Of a stretch of DNA of 27,353 nt, positions 27,034-27,353 are shown one piece after another. Numbering within the stretch: position 1 is the stretch's first letter; every line of letters begins with the position of its first letter. A program made the position numbers and the translations under genes. The notes beneath the pieces are model-generated. The model was not told the DNA's origin. It worked only from the letters and a program-made list of their open reading frames with translations, and made no database searches. Origin of the DNA: Thermoproteota archaeon (GTDB taxonomy: Archaea; Korarchaeota; Korarchaeia; Korarchaeales; Korarchaeaceae); assembly GCA_037917625.1 (NCBI GenBank), contig JAVCBY010000052.1, positions 1-27,353 of the forward strand, read 5' to 3'.

Positions 27034-27353
27034 TCACCCGAAAATCGTCTCGAAGGCTGATCTAAAAGCTTGGATAGCTGGAGAGGACTCATCCAATTCC
27101 CTCAGGCTCCTCCCCTCGATCTCAGCCCTGATCAAGGAATGATCGTATGGGATGAAGAAGTGCCTCGCATCCAGGGCTTCAGATATCCTCAACCTCTCGC
27201 TCTCATCACCGGAGAACTTATTGACTATGTAGGTCACTTCCCTTATCCCCAGCTCCCTCCCCATCTTGGCTGTCCTCTTATCTATCCCCAGGGCCTTCTG
27301 AGTGGGCTCAGTGACGCAGAGCATGTGATCGAACTTTTGAAGTATTTGGATTC
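27034..27353 (-). CDS. cooC: CooC/AcsF-like nickel-insertion ATPase, C-terminal part (truncated by the window edge)
   Basis: The frame is open to the window end. FDHMLCVTEPT...MGRELGIREVTYIVNK...IPYD matches the CooC/MinD-type C-terminus. Confidence 0.7.
   Translation of the reverse strand, partial: IQILQKFDHMLCVTEPTQKALGIDKRTAKMGRELGIREVTYIVNKFSGDESERLRISEALDARHFFIPYDHSLIRAEIEGRSLRELDESSPAIQAFRSAFETIFG

Noticed and set aside
24583-27142. Plus-strand ORFs antisense to hdrA/mvhD (e.g. 25868-26452) and similar shadow ORFs across the window
   Set aside because: They overlap well-supported genes on the opposite strand and have Ser/Pro/Leu-rich shadow composition with no motifs.

Overview
Gene-dense archaeal DNA. 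The BRE/TATA-like promoters, GGAGGTGA-type ribosome-binding sites and AGG/ATA-rich codons suggest a thermophilic anaerobe of the TACK group, possibly Korarchaeota; this is inference only. From left to right the window holds: a UbiE-like methyltransferase, PadR, an ABC exporter pair, small membrane genes and uspA. Next is a tungsten aldehyde oxidoreductase neighbourhood: a 12-TM His-rich protein with a clear three-fold internal repeat (heme-copper-oxidase-like architecture, no CuB motif), a 7-TM partner, a Bat-type HTH regulator, a GltD-like flavoprotein, a 4x[4Fe-4S] protein, aor, a W-cofactor radical SAM maturase and moaD. A vapBC locus follows, broken by two IS200/IS605-family non-autonomous insertions. 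One is a 237-bp element that keeps a promoter and an apparently intact TnpB omegaRNA-like fold. The other is a 47-bp single-hairpin left-end/right-end hybrid. Then come a class V PLP enzyme with pdxT/pdxS, two NirJ/Ahb-like radical SAM genes coupled to an ECF-S-like gene, Lrp and an NDP-sugar epimerase. The window ends with a cooC-hdrA-mvhD(fusion)-hdrC-hdrB-cooT operon that runs off the right edge. No tRNA, rRNA or CRISPR array was seen. Family names come from motif recognition, not database searches.
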